Shown piece by piece: positions 37,452 to 49,597 of a stretch of 64,000 nucleotides of DNA. The notes under the pieces were generated by a model that saw only the letters and a list, made by a program, of their open reading frames with translations, made no database searches and was not told the DNA's origin. The stretch comes from Octopus vulgaris (Eukaryota): assembly GCA_951406725.2 (NCBI GenBank), contig OX597823.1, positions 80,538,001 to 80,602,000 on the forward strand, written 5' to 3'. The stretch's first letter is position 1. Each line of letters opens with the position of its first letter. The translations under genes and the position numbers were made by a program.

Positions 37452-38540
37452 GAGGATTGGCATGTAAGAGCCCTGTGCCGGGGCCACATAAAAAGCATCT
37501 GTGCCGGCACCATATAAAGTGCACCCATGACACCACGTAAAAAGCACTTCCCTTCTCTTCCCTTTAGTCTTCCTTTTCCAAAAAACCACTTCTCTTCCCC
37601 TCTCTTCGTTATGTATTTATACTTATTGCCTTTCTTCGCTCCCCCACTTGCTTGTACCATTCTTTCGGAGTTTTGCTTTGTTATAACCAGAAATTACTCT
37701 AACGAAAGTAGCATTAATTTTGTTAGTCGTTCAATTTTTCTCAATCAGTCAATAGACCTTTTCTTTTAGCTTCCGTCTACCATCCACAAGGCTTTAGTTA
37801 GCCCGAGACTAGAATAGAAAGATACTTGCCCAAGGTGCCACGCAGTGGGACTGAACGCAAAACCACGTGTTTGGGAAGTAAACTTCGTACTACACAACCG
37901 TACCTGCGCCTGTGTCTTACCACAGTATGTTACCTTTTTGTAAATTATATTCTTTAGCAGTTTTATAAGTAATTACCGTTAAATAAATAAATTAGTGTGC
38001 AGGTATGAGTGTGTGATTAAGAAGCTCGTGGTTCCATGTTCACTCCAACTGCCACAGCACAGCACCTTTGCGAGTGGATCTGGTAGGAAGAAACTGTGGA
38101 AGCTCGTTTTCAGCTGGTGGAACTGTTAATCCTGGCGCCTCTCTCTCTTTTTCTCTCCTCTCTCACTATCTCTTATCTATCTCTCTTTCTCTCCTCTCTC
38201 TCTTTCTCTCCCCCCCTCTCTCTCTCTCCCTTTTTTCCTCTTATCTCTTTCTGTAGAAGAGCGTAGGCTTGAAACGTCAAAGACTTTTTCATTTTTCTTG
38301 AGCGTCAAACTTATATATTTTACATACATACATATATATTTTTTCTTCTTCTTGGTAGTCTATCGATCTCTGATGAAGACGTAATCTGTGGTCTCGGCAG
38401 TCAGCATTGGGAACGCATGTGGATCTGCAACCTAAAGCCGGAAGCACACAGGCGCCCGTGGGCCGGACACTGGTAGTCTGTGATCAGGACTGAAGATGCG
38501 AGGCATTGCCGTCTATCCTCCTCAAAGGCAGCTACAGCAG

Positions 38541-38900
38541 TGGAGGTGCAATGGCCCAGTGGTTAGGGCAGCGGACTCGCGGTCGGAGGATCGCGGTTTC
38601 GATTCCCAGACCGGGCGTTGTGTGTGTTGTTTATTGAGCGAAAACACCTAAAGCTCCACGAGTCTACGACAGGGGGTGGTGGCGACCCCTGTTGTAATCT
38701 TTCGCTCCAACTTTCTCTCACTCTTTCTTCCTGTTTCTTGTCCCCGACTTCCTACGCAACCGCTGAGCCTGGATGCGCATTCATCCACCCATCGATGCTT
38801 TCGGTGTCGGGGATTGACCTGCTTTCTCTTCTGCGGGTCTTATGAATAGCAAAGGACCACGTTTGGGACTTCTCCCACTACAGGGACGAAGACCGCTTAT
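38541..38900 (+). mobile_element. tRNA-SINE family D
   Basis: TGGCCCAGTGG A box, GGTTTCGATTCCC B box; near-identical copy at 59143-59475. Confidence 0.85.
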
Positions 38901-39169
38901 TTTTTTAAAAGTCTACTACTTATTCTATCTGTCTCTTTTTGCCGAACTCTAAGTTACAAGGACTTATTCTTTGTAAGCCTAGTACTTATTCTATTGTCTC
39001 TTTTTGCCGAACCGCTAAGTTACGAGGATGTAAACGCATCAAAATTGGTCGTCAAGCGATGGTGGGGGGACAAACACAAACACACATTTACATGACGGTC
39101 TTTCAGTTTCCCTCTACCAAATCCACTCACAGGGAAAAATTCAATTTAGAAATATTAAATCAAATTTCG

Positions 39170-39243
<74 letters not shown>

Positions 39244-39527
39244 AGTTGACGGGCTTCTTCCAGTTTCCACCTACCAAATTCACTCACAAGGCTTTGGTCG
39301 GTACGAAAGTATAGTGGAAGACACTTGCCCAAGGTCCCCTTACCGCTTGGCAACCAGCGTTGGCTTGTTTCCGTCGCCATAACTTAATGGTTCGATAAAA
39401 GTAATTGATAGAGTAAGTACGAGACTTATAAACAAATGCAGGGATCGATTTGTTCGACTAAAACCCTTTAAGGTGGTGCTCTGGTATGGTCGAAATTCAA
39501 TGACTGAAAAAGAAAAAAAGATTATCA

Positions 39528-39890
39528 GGCGCAGAAGTGGGTGTGTACTAAGTAGCTTGCTTACGAACCACATGGTTCTGGGTTCAGTCCCATTGGCACC
39601 TTGGGTAAGTGTCTTCTACTATAGCCTCGGGCCGACTAAAGCCTTGTGAGTGGATTTGGTAGACGGAAACTGAAAGAAGCCCGTCATATATATATATATT
39701 TATGTGTCTGTGTTTGTGTCCCCAACATCGCTTGACAACCGATGCTTGTGTGTTTACGTCCCCATCACAAGAGAGACCGACAGAATAAGTACTAGGCTTA
39801 CAAAGAATAAGTCCTGGGGTCGATTTACTCGACTAAAGGCGGTGCTCCAGCATGGCCGCAGTCAAATGACCGAAACAAATAAAAGAATAG
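39528..39890 (+). mobile_element. tRNA-SINE family A, full length
   Basis: ggcgcag head, ggttcagtccc B box, caccttgggtaagtgtctt core, tail gaaacaaataaaaga; fragments in both orientations at 38910-39520. Confidence 0.85.
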
Positions 39891-40359
39891 ATATATTTTC
39901 TTGGCTTTTGAGAAATCTTCCATAGGCAGAGAGTACAACTGATTATACCAACCAGATGTTAATCACAGTTATCTCCCATGCATCTTGCATTTTAAAGTTT
40001 TACGTTTTTAATTTATATGCAAAAAATAAGGGATTTAGAAATATTTTGGTAAGTCTCAAAGAATAATTTGAACAAAAATTATAAATGAAACACTTCTTTA
40101 TGTTTATAGATATATATATGTAAGAGATATTTACTGTAATAGTTTGTAGTTTTATTTAAGGCTCACTCATTGTAGAAATGAATATACAACTTAAATCGAA
40201 TATCAGTTTAAATATATATTAAAATATATTTGTAACAAAGATAATAGGCGGTATATATTTCACTGAAAGTATTCTTAAATCATGTTCTGAAAATATATAG
40301 TTCATCTCTCTATCAGAAGTTTAATTTTCGATATGTTTTTAATGAATTATATAAATATA

Positions 40360-40817
40360 ATGGACACATTGAAACTCCGACGTCTGGCAGCTGACTTGGT
40401 AGACACCCGTAAAATTATTAACCATCTTACAAACAATAACTCTGAGCACCTTTTCAAACTCCACCCGTCTAACACCCGTGGACATATTTACAAAGTCAGA
40501 AAACAGCACAGCTCCCATGACTTTAGGAAACATTTCTTCAAGCTGAGAGTTGCTGAAGCATGGAACAAACTGCCGGCATCAGTTGTTAGTGGTCGGAGCA
40601 CTGCATCCTTCAAAACTTCCATGCTTCCTGAGATTCGCCAACACTACACCTGATCTTCTCCCCTCCATACACACACAAGAATGTATCTGACTCATACGTC
40701 GTTCGCTTTCCAGACATTTGTACATTACTGCATACACTTTATACGCACTTTCTGATAAGTTGTGGTGCACCTGAGCACTGTGTACAATAATTTCATTATT
40801 ATTATTATTATTATTAT
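40360..40817 (+). mobile_element. CR1-like LINE 3' end with (ATT)n tail
   Basis: LKLRRLAADL..TRGHIYK..FFKLRVAEAWNKLP, then 3' UTR and (att)n. Confidence 0.85.
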
Positions 40818-41967
40818 TAGAAGACCTTGGTTTTCTATATCCGTAATTAAATTCAAATGGTATGGTTGTGTTGCAATTTTGTTGGACTTATTCAAAATGG
40901 TCATCAACTTCAGCTTATTAACTTTTATAATGCAGCAATTTGTGACAGATTTTGAGGAGTTAAATTTTTTAGAAGTATACTAACTTGGATGTGGAGGTAT
41001 TCATGCCTTTCCACGCGGGTTTTAATAATGCCAAATGAAGCGAAATAGTTACGACTGGTTAACAAAACAGGAGTTTTATACTACTCGACTCACTCAGACA
41101 CTTGTTCGAGAATATATGTATCTCTTAATTAATTAAAGAATGAAGATTTTGACGAAGTCGTAATGTTGCTGTTATGTCATGCTCCTCTCCACCGACTTCG
41201 TTTCCTCATAACTTCTCAAAATGCATATATTTTGAATGAAATTTTCCATTGATATGTTTCCAAGTACAGAAGATACATTTTTGATGGTGTAGAATACAAT
41301 TATGTCTATAAAATTTGTTGAAAATGTTAAGGGAGCGAGAGTTTCGGATAATTAACCTTCGTTTCTTAAAAATGCTAATTTTTTATTGAAAATTTCCAGG
41401 ATTTTAAAGAAGTGTACCCCTTTGACTCTGTTTTCCCCCGACATTTTTTGAAGTTTAATAAAATTTATCGTAATATACACTTTGAAAAATACATCTCTGG
41501 AAAATTTCATTGGAAAATATGTATTTAATAAGTCCGGTAAGGAGAGAGTGATTGTCCAAAAACAATTTTTCCCACCATTTTCTTCTCTTAATTTTAATAT
41601 TCATCATCTCAAATGTATTTCTGCAAAATTCCCTTAATAAATATTCATTTTGAAGAAAGTTATGTAGAAACAGTGTTGCCCACCTGAACAGAAATATGCT
41701 CCACATGCTTCGTTTTCCAAGAAAACTTTTTTGTTATTTTTATCAACATAATCGTAATCTACATCCCCAAAACAAATTTTTGGAAAACTTCATTAAGAAA
41801 TATGCATTTAAAAAAGCCCAGCGGAGATTTTTCATCTTAAAGGAATTTTTAAAATCCTCCCCTCCCCACCCCGAAATATTTTTTCCCTTTTTCTCAACAT
41901 AATCGAAATAAAGGGTAAAAGGGTAAAGACCCCCTTCTGTCATGATTGTTCATGAGATCCAGGGCTA

Positions 41968-42140
41968 TAGGCATAGGTATGGCTGTGTAGTAAGAAGCTT
42001 GCTTCCCAACCACATGGTTCTGGGTTCAATCCCACTGCATGACACCTTGGGCAAGCGTCTTCTACTATAGCCTCAGACTGACCAAAGCCTTGTGAGGTGA
42101 GTGGATTTGCTAGATGGATTCTGAAAGAAGCCCATCGAAT

Positions 42141-42173
<33 letters not shown>

Positions 42174-42634
42174 TACACACATACATACATACATACACAC
42201 ACATACATACACACACATACATATACACACACACATACACACACACACACATTCATACATACACACACACACATACACACACACACGCACATACATACAT
42301 ATGTTTTTGTGTGTGTATACCATCATCATCATCATTTAATGCCTATTGTCCATGCTGGCATGAGTTGGATGGTTTGACTGGGACTGACAAGCTGGAAGCT
42401 GCACCGGTGTGTATGTCTTTGTGTCTGAGTTTGTTTCTTCACCCCACCACTGCTTGACAATTGGTATTGGTGTGTTTACATCCCTGTAACCTAGCAGTTC
42501 AGCAACAGAGATTGATAGAATAAGTACCAGGCTTTAAAAAAAAATGTACTGAAGTCACTTCCTTTGACTAAAATTCTTCTAGATGGTGCCCCAGCATGGC
42601 CGCAGTCTACCGACTGAAACAAATAAAAGAGAAA

Positions 42635-42636
<2 letters not shown>
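41968..42636 (+). mobile_element. tRNA-SINE family A with expanded microsatellite and nested family C fragment
   Basis: Head 41968-42135, (TACA/CA)n, tail 42410-42636. Confidence 0.75.
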
Positions 42637-42670
<34 letters not shown>

Positions 42671-43413
42671 GAAAAGATATATATATACATATATATCTTT
42701 TCTCTTTTATTTGTTTCAGTCGTTAGACTGCGGCCATGCTGGGGTACCATCTAGAAGAATTTTAGAATATATATATATATATAACTAAATTCTTGTAGTG
42801 CCATACATTGAAACTTTTACAGATATGTTATTTTTGTTAATGTTGTTTAGCCCCAGTTCAGTTCCCAATTGAGCAGATCTATGCGCAAAGATATTCCAGC
42901 TATTATTATTGAAATTACTTCATTTTACTTCATTTGAAATATAATTGGATTGGATTGGATTGCTTATGTTCAGACCACTGCAGGGCAGAGGCCTCAACAT
43001 GTTTTCTCCACCAACTATGGTGGTCTGATGTGGAGGCTGTGAATTTGAGCTTGAAATCATACTGGTTTGATGAGCCTACTCTGCTACGTTGGTTCAACAT
43101 GGCTTGTAGTTTTTATACTCATGCCCAGGAGTAGTTAAGTCGATTACATTGATCCCAGTGTCTAACTGGTACTTATTTTATTGATCTTGAAAGGATGAAA
43201 AGCAAAGTTATCTGTGGTGGAATTTGACCTCAGAACATAAGGAGAGATGAAATACTGCTAAGCATTTTGCATGGTGTACTAATGATACTGTCAGCTTACC
43301 AATTAAGAGAAACATGAATGTCACAACCTTCTATACACTACTTTGTAACCTTAAAGCTTCATGCTTAATTAAAATGTTTATTCTATTATTTTTATAGACC
43401 CTGAAGTTCAAAA

Positions 43414-43444
43414 ATGGCTACAAATATCAAGCAACCAAAATATA
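43414..43444 (+). CDS. MSH4: MSH4 putative first coding exon (MATNIKQPKY)
   Basis: Acceptor tttatag at 43397, aaaATGg, donor gtaagc; phase 1 fits the next exon. Confidence 0.6.
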
Positions 43445-43639
43445 GTAAGCAGTTATTTTATTTTCATTAAATAATTCATTTTTCTGTTGTATTTCTACAT
43501 TTTAGAAATCAGTAATATTACTTCCATTATTTCTTAAACAAGTTTGTTATGTTTCGCATTGTTTCTCATAAACAAGAATTCATTTTGGTAATTAAATTTT
43601 TTTTAAATTGGGATTATTTCGATATTTAAGAGATGAGGA

Positions 43640-43977
43640 ATTATGTACATTATTTACATTCAACGGATATTTGTCCGCATCTTGTTTGTTGTTAACACAA
43701 TGTTTCGGCTGATATACCCTCCAGCCTTCTTCAGGTGCCTTGGGGAAATTTCGAACTTGGGTTCTCATTCCTAAGGTATTCTTCGATGTTGTTATTATTA
43801 TTATTGTTCAGGTCACTGCTTGGAATCAAACTTGGAATCTTGGGGTTAGTAGCCCACACTCTTAACCACTACGCCATATGCTCACCTGAAGAAGGCTGGA
43901 GGGTATATCAGCTGAAATGTGTTAACAACAAACAAGATGAGGACAAATATCCATCAAATCTAAATAATGTAAATAAT
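43640..43977 (-). mobile_element. tRNA-headed element with hammerhead-like tail and inverted tail copy
   Basis: Arms 43640-43737 and 43883-43977 are inverted; minus-strand A/B boxes at 43815-43881; CUGAAGA..GAAA core. Confidence 0.7.
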
Positions 43978-44184
43978 GAACATCTTACTCAAACAAGCAA
44001 AAAATCATAAAGGCAAAATCTTGTAAGAAGTTGAAAGGGAATGAATGTAAGGAATGAAAGGGAATGAATGTAAACAATATTGTGATTACGATTTTGTAAC
44101 CATTTAATTTTATTTACTGAAAGAGAACATTTACTTTTGACATTGTCCAAAGAGAGGGTTAATTTCAGGATATTGATTATTTTT

Positions 44185-44530
44185 CACTCCTTTCAGTCAC
44201 TTGATTGCAGCCATGCTGGAGCACCGCCTTGAAGGGTTTAGTTGAATAAATCCATTCTAGGACATATTTTAAGTTTGGTACTTCTTCTATCAGTCTCTTT
44301 TGCCAAACTGCTAAGTTATGGGGGTGTAAACAAACCAGCACAAGTTGTCAAGCAGTGGTAGTGGACAAACTCAAAGACACACACACACACACACACATAC
44401 ACATGATGAGCTTCCTCATAGTTTCCATCAACCAAATTCACTCACAAGGCATTGGTCAGCCTGGAGCTATAGTAGAAGACACTTATCCAAAATGCCATGC
44501 AGTGGGACTGAACCTGAAACCATGTGGTTA
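44185..44530 (-). mobile_element. tRNA-SINE family A
   Basis: Reverse complement of the family A sequence at 39528-39890. Confidence 0.75.
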
Positions 44531-44661
44531 TCTGAAGAAAGGATTAATTTCAGTGTATTGAATGTGGATTTAATTTGGTTGTTTTGTCATTGTTTTAAAT
44601 TAAATGTTTTAATATTTTCTTCATTTGTATTTAATTATTCTTGAAATGAAACTCTCTTTAG

Positions 44662-44818
44662 ATTTTGGACTTTTACAAACACCTGCTACTTCTGATGAAT
44701 CAGAGCTTTCAGATACATCTGCCAGTATCTTCAATAAGAAGCCTATATTTATGGGAACCAAGAGGAAACAGCAGAATTTGGGCCAAAGAGAGGATATTAC
44801 ACCATATTCAGAACAAAG
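44662..44818 (+). CDS. MSH4: MSH4 exon 2 (low-complexity N-terminus)
   Basis: ctctttag acceptor, open frame FGLLQTPATSDESEL..PYSEQ, AG|gtactg donor; phases fit both neighbours. Confidence 0.7.
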
Positions 44819-44899
44819 GTACTGAATTATCTATTATGTATGAGGTGTGATTTAAGAGGGCACAGGCCTTACTTTTCATGTTACATAAACAAAAAAAGA

Positions 44900-45512
44900 A
44901 AAATAGCTAGTTATAAAATCTCAAGAAGAGATAGAGTAGTAACATATACTATACAGTACAGCGAGTAGCCATATCAAAGTGGCAGATGAATGTTACTACG
45001 AGTTTAACCCCAGGTGGATTATCCACCAGCTGGTTTTCAGTGCAAGCTCTGCACCCTTTATGTACAATACATCACTATTAGGGGAAGTGAATCCCTACTA
45101 CCCTCCAACAGCTGGCAAGATCGTGGGACTGGGGTTAAAATAGTAGTAACATTCATCTGCTACTTTGATGTGGTTACTTGCTGTACTGTTTAGTATATAT
45201 TACTATTCTTGTGATTTTATAACTAGCTATTTTGCTTGTTGGAAATCAGTGACCGATGGTAAGTTTGTATACAATATATTGCTGGCAGAAGCGGATCTTA
45301 ACTACACTCGTGGCTGACGTGAGCCTATTAGCTTGAAACTGACCGGTCCCACGATCCTGTCAGCTGTTGGACAGTAGTAGGGATTCGCCCCCCCCCTTTT
45401 AGCGATGCATTGTACATAAAGGGTGCAGAGCTTGCGCCGAAAACTGGCTGGTGGAAAATCAGCCTGGGGTTAAACTAGTATTAACGTTCATCTGCCACTT
45501 TGATGAGGCTAC
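44900..45512. repeat. Nested inverted-repeat (Penelope-like) structure containing a hammerhead motif
   Basis: 44900-45013 inverted vs 45129-45233; 44965-45132 inverted vs 45343-45512. Confidence 0.8.
45308..45354 (+). ncRNA. Type I hammerhead ribozyme-like motif (A9U variant)
   Basis: UCGUGG CUGACGU GAGC cuauua GCUU GAA ACU gacc GGU C CCACGA. Confidence 0.55.
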
Positions 45513-45885
45513 CCAAAAAAGAAAAAGTCTTTGCATAATTATCCAATCCATGATTTCATAAAGCCTGCAAAATTAGTTATTGTACTAGAATTCTGGCCAT
45601 AAAGTTATGAGTTAAAATGTTAATAAAACCACTTTTATCTTTTAGTTTTTATCTGCTTCGGTTATTTGACTGTGGCCATGCTGAGGCACTGCCTTGAAGA
45701 ATTTTTAGTTGAACAAATTGACCCAAGTGCTTCTATTTTTTTTTTTTAAGTTTAATACTTATTCTATTGGTCCCTTTTACTGAACCACTAAGTTACAGGG
45801 ATGTAAACACAATAACACTGGTTGTCAAGCGGTGGTGGGGGGACATCCTCCATCACAAAGATACACACACACACACACAAGTTTT

Positions 45886-46136
45886 ATGTATAGTATTAAA
45901 TATCCATCATGGTTGATCTTACTAATTGGTTTCGCATAAAGAATACAGTGGAGTGTAAGGTGAAAATCTGATTATATAATTTTACACTCATCAGAGTTAG
46001 CCAATATAGAAAGGAATATTGGCTAACTCTGATGAGCGTAAAGTTATATAATCGATTGTTGCCTAACACTTCATTGTATTCTTTATGCGAAACCAATTGG
46101 TAAAATCAGCTGTGATGGATATTTAATACTATACAT
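45886..46136. repeat. 251-bp palindrome made of two inverted hammerhead-containing arms
   Basis: 45886-46007 is the near reverse complement of 46016-46136. Confidence 0.85.
46021..46110 (+). ncRNA. Type I hammerhead ribozyme motif with extended stem II
   Basis: CUGAUGA (46029) GCGUAAAG...CUUUAUGC GAA ACCAAUUGGU A (GUA at 46100-46102); stem I weak. Confidence 0.6.
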
Positions 46137-46222
46137 TTTGGATGGTATACCCATTCTACTGACAGATATATGAGTGTATCTTTGCTCTGACTTATGGTCT
46201 CTTAGACAACTCACGTGTATGT

Positions 46223-46266
<44 letters not shown>

Positions 46267-47353
46267 CGGGGGTTCTTTCAGTTTCTGTCAACCAAATCCA
46301 TTTACAAGGGTTTGGTAAGCCTGAGGCTACAGTTGAAGACACTTGCCCAAAGTGCTGCACCATGGGACTGAAGCCAGAACCATGTGGTCGGGAAATAAAC
46401 ATTTTACTATACAGCCATGCCTGCACCCACTGTGCATTATTTTGTTTTTCTTGAATCCTAGTTTTTATAAGGCCCGTTACTTAGTTTCCATGACACATAA
46501 GTGACTAAGGTCATAACATTTCTCCTCAATGGGATACCACTCTGTTGCAGAGTTCAAGGTCAGCTATTTTCAAAGGGAGGGAGTAGGTCGATTACATTGA
46601 CTCCAGTACTTGACTCAAACTCTATTTTATTCACCCTGAAGATATAAAAGGCAAAGTTGACCTCAGTGGGACTTGAACTCAGGCTGTAAAGAGCTAAAAG
46701 AAATGCTGCTAAGTATTTTACCTGACATGCTAATGATTTTGCCAGTTCACTGCCTTTACTGTGTGTATTTGGACAAAGCATATTGTCCTACATATGTTAG
46801 TTTGTTTGACCAATATTTACTATTTCAGGGTCATCAGAAGTTATCAATAGAAAAGGCGTCCAGCTGTTTCAAAATACATTCCAATAATTTTGCATAAATT
46901 ATCTCATCCATGTCAACATGAAAACAGAGACATATAAAAAAAAAGCATTGTTTTTGGTGTATGTGTTTGTGTATGTATATATGTTTGTGTGTTACTAGTA
47001 TTTCACTGATAAGAAGACAATTTAACAGGTCATTAAGGAATTATAATTACCAATAAAATTTGTCATTAATTGTCTTAACAGTTGTGGTCAATGAATTTTT
47101 AAAATAGACATAATGTCTCAGAATATTATTATTAACCAAAAGCCACTGTTAAGTTGTCAACCTTAAATTATAATCCTCTCTGATCTTTATACAGAAAGAA
47201 TTTTCTAATAAATATAATTTAATTTACTCAGCATTAAATATATTTTTCTAATTTTGATTATTGCTAAACTGAATCTACAAGAACTAGTTAACTATTTACC
47301 TGTCCTGTGTATTACATGTGACACACAGGACATATTTCCCTGGCATCCATGTT

Positions 47354-48595
47354 TTAGGTTGTTGTGAAAATAATGGCTGCTCTAAGTGTTGTGTTTTTAA
47401 ACACAGTTTTATCATAGTATTTTAATTATATTTTATGTGAATTTCGACATGCTTAATAATTGATGTATGTTCTTCAATAATTTTCTACTTATTTCAGACA
47501 GAAAACGTTCTTGAAGCATAGGCACCCTTAATTATGAACATGACAAAAAAGGACATTCGCTTACTTGCCTGAGTTCAAGCTTAGGCACAATGCCTCCCAA
47601 ATTGCTGCCAATATTAACAGAGCATGGGAAGAGGGTCCACAAGTGACCACACAGTATGAAGGTGGTTTCAGAAATTCTGTAGTGGTGATGAGAGCCTTGA
47701 AGATGAAGAAGGTAGAGGAAGGTCATGCAGTCTTGACAATGAGAAATTGAAAGCAATTGTTGGACAAAACTCATGTCAAAGTGTTAGGGAAATGTTTCAG
47801 GCACTTGGTGTCAGTGTTCCAACAGTCTCACACAATCTGCAAAAGATTGGTAAGGTGAAAAAGCTTGATAAATGGGTACCACATGAGCTCAATGAAAATC
47901 AAAAAGTTTGGTGTTTTGAAGTGTGCTCGATGCTCTTTCTGTGAATCACCAATGATCCTTTTCTTGACCAAATAGTCACTTGTGACAAAAAGTGGATCCT
48001 TTAAGATAACCATAAATGATCAGGTCAATGGCTTGACCATGATGAGTTCCCCAAACATTTCCCAAAGCCAAAGTTGCATCAGCAAAAGATTATGGTGACT
48101 GTCTGGTGTTCTGCAATTAGTGTTGTCCATTACAGCTTTCTGGAAGCCAATCAGAGCATTACAACAGAGATTTACTGCAATCAACGCACTGAAATGCATG
48201 TTCACTTGCAAAAAAGGAGACCTGCATTAGTGAATCGGTGTGGCCCAATTCTGCTCCACAATAATGCAAAGCCACATGTTACAAGAATGACACTGCAGAA
48301 ACTCACAGATTTAGAATAGTAGACTTCACCATAGCCTCCATATTCTCCTGATCTTTCACCCACTGAATACCATTTTTAAAGCATTTAAACACATTTTTAA
48401 GTGATAAAACTTTCAGGTCCAAACCAGAGGTGGAATCAGCTTTCAAAGATTTCTTAGCATCAAAGCCAATAAGTTCTTATAAACAAGGCACAAATAACCT
48501 CGTTGATTGATAGCAGAGATGGTCACAGCTCATACTTGAAGTTTTCCAGAATAAAATTGTTTCTGAAATCGGTCATTATTTTTGGAACAACCTAA
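47354..48595 (+). mobile_element. Full-length degenerate mariner (DD34D-type) transposon
   Basis: TIRs TTAGGTTGTT..AAAATAATG / CATTATTTT..AACAACCTAA; WVPHEL, IVTCDKKWI, LLHNNAKPH and PYSPDLSP motifs with stops and frameshifts. Confidence 0.92.
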
Positions 48596-48914
48596 TCTCA
48601 TCATCATCATCATCATCGTTTAACGTCCGTTCTCCATGCTAGCATGGGTTGGACGGTTCGACCGGGGATCTGGGAAGCCTGAAGGCTGCACCAGGTTCCA
48701 GTCTGATCTGGCAGTGTTTCTACAGCTGGATGCCCTTACTAACGCCAACCACTCCGTGAGTGTAGTGGGTGCTTTTTACATGCCACCTGCACAGGTGCCA
48801 GGCGAGGCTGGCAATGGCCACGATCGGATTGGTGCATTTTACATGCCACAAACTGAGAATATATATATATATCTATTTTAACATCAACTAAGATAGTGAA
48901 CTTCTTATAACAAT

Positions 48915-49215
48915 TAGTTTCAAAATTTGGTACAAGGCCAGCAATTTGGGGAGAGGATTAAGTCAATTATTGACCCAGTGCTCAACTGGTACTTGTTTTA
49001 TTCTTTTCTACTCTAGGCAAAAAGCCCGAAATTTTTGGGGAGGGGGCCTGTCAATTAGACCGACCCCAGTATGCAACTGGTACTAATTTTATTGAGCCTG
49101 AAAGGATGAAAGGCAAAGTTGACTTCAGCGGAATTTGAACTCAGAATGTAAAGACAGGCGAAATGCCACTAAGCATTTTGCCTAGCATGCTAGCAATTCT
49201 GCCAGCTCACCATCC
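48915..49215 (-). mobile_element. SINE family B, two nested or adjacent copies with different tails
   Basis: Tail types tttcaaaatttggtacaaggcc and ttctactctaggcaaaaagcc side by side. Confidence 0.7.
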
Positions 49216-49597
49216 TGTGTAATAATATTATAAAATGCTTAGCAGCACTTCTTGACTTTACAATCTGATTTCAAATACTGCTGAGGCCAACTTTCCCTTT
49301 CATCCTTATGGGGTCCCAGAAATGAGTACCTGTTGAACACTGACTTTCTAGGAGAATTGATCTTCATCTTTATGGTATTTTTTCTTCTCATTGCAAGTGT
49401 AATTATAATTAAAATTTTTTCCTCCTACATTAGGTATGTTAATACCAACTTAATTACTTGTTTTTCATTCTGAAAGCATCATTAATTCATTTACCCAGCC
49501 AATGAAGTCAAACTGCAATTTGTATAGTCAAATCTGCTTCAAAGCACATCCTACTATCTTAAAAAATTACAACCATATTTATATAATCTGGTTCTAG

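Noticed and set aside
38541-38612. tRNA gene
   Set aside because: tRNA-like head continues into a repeated SINE body with no clean acceptor stem or terminator
40985-41210. Possible MSH4 promoter or 5' UTR exon
   Set aside because: An upstream exon is implied by the acceptor at 43397, but mild CpG enrichment alone cannot place it
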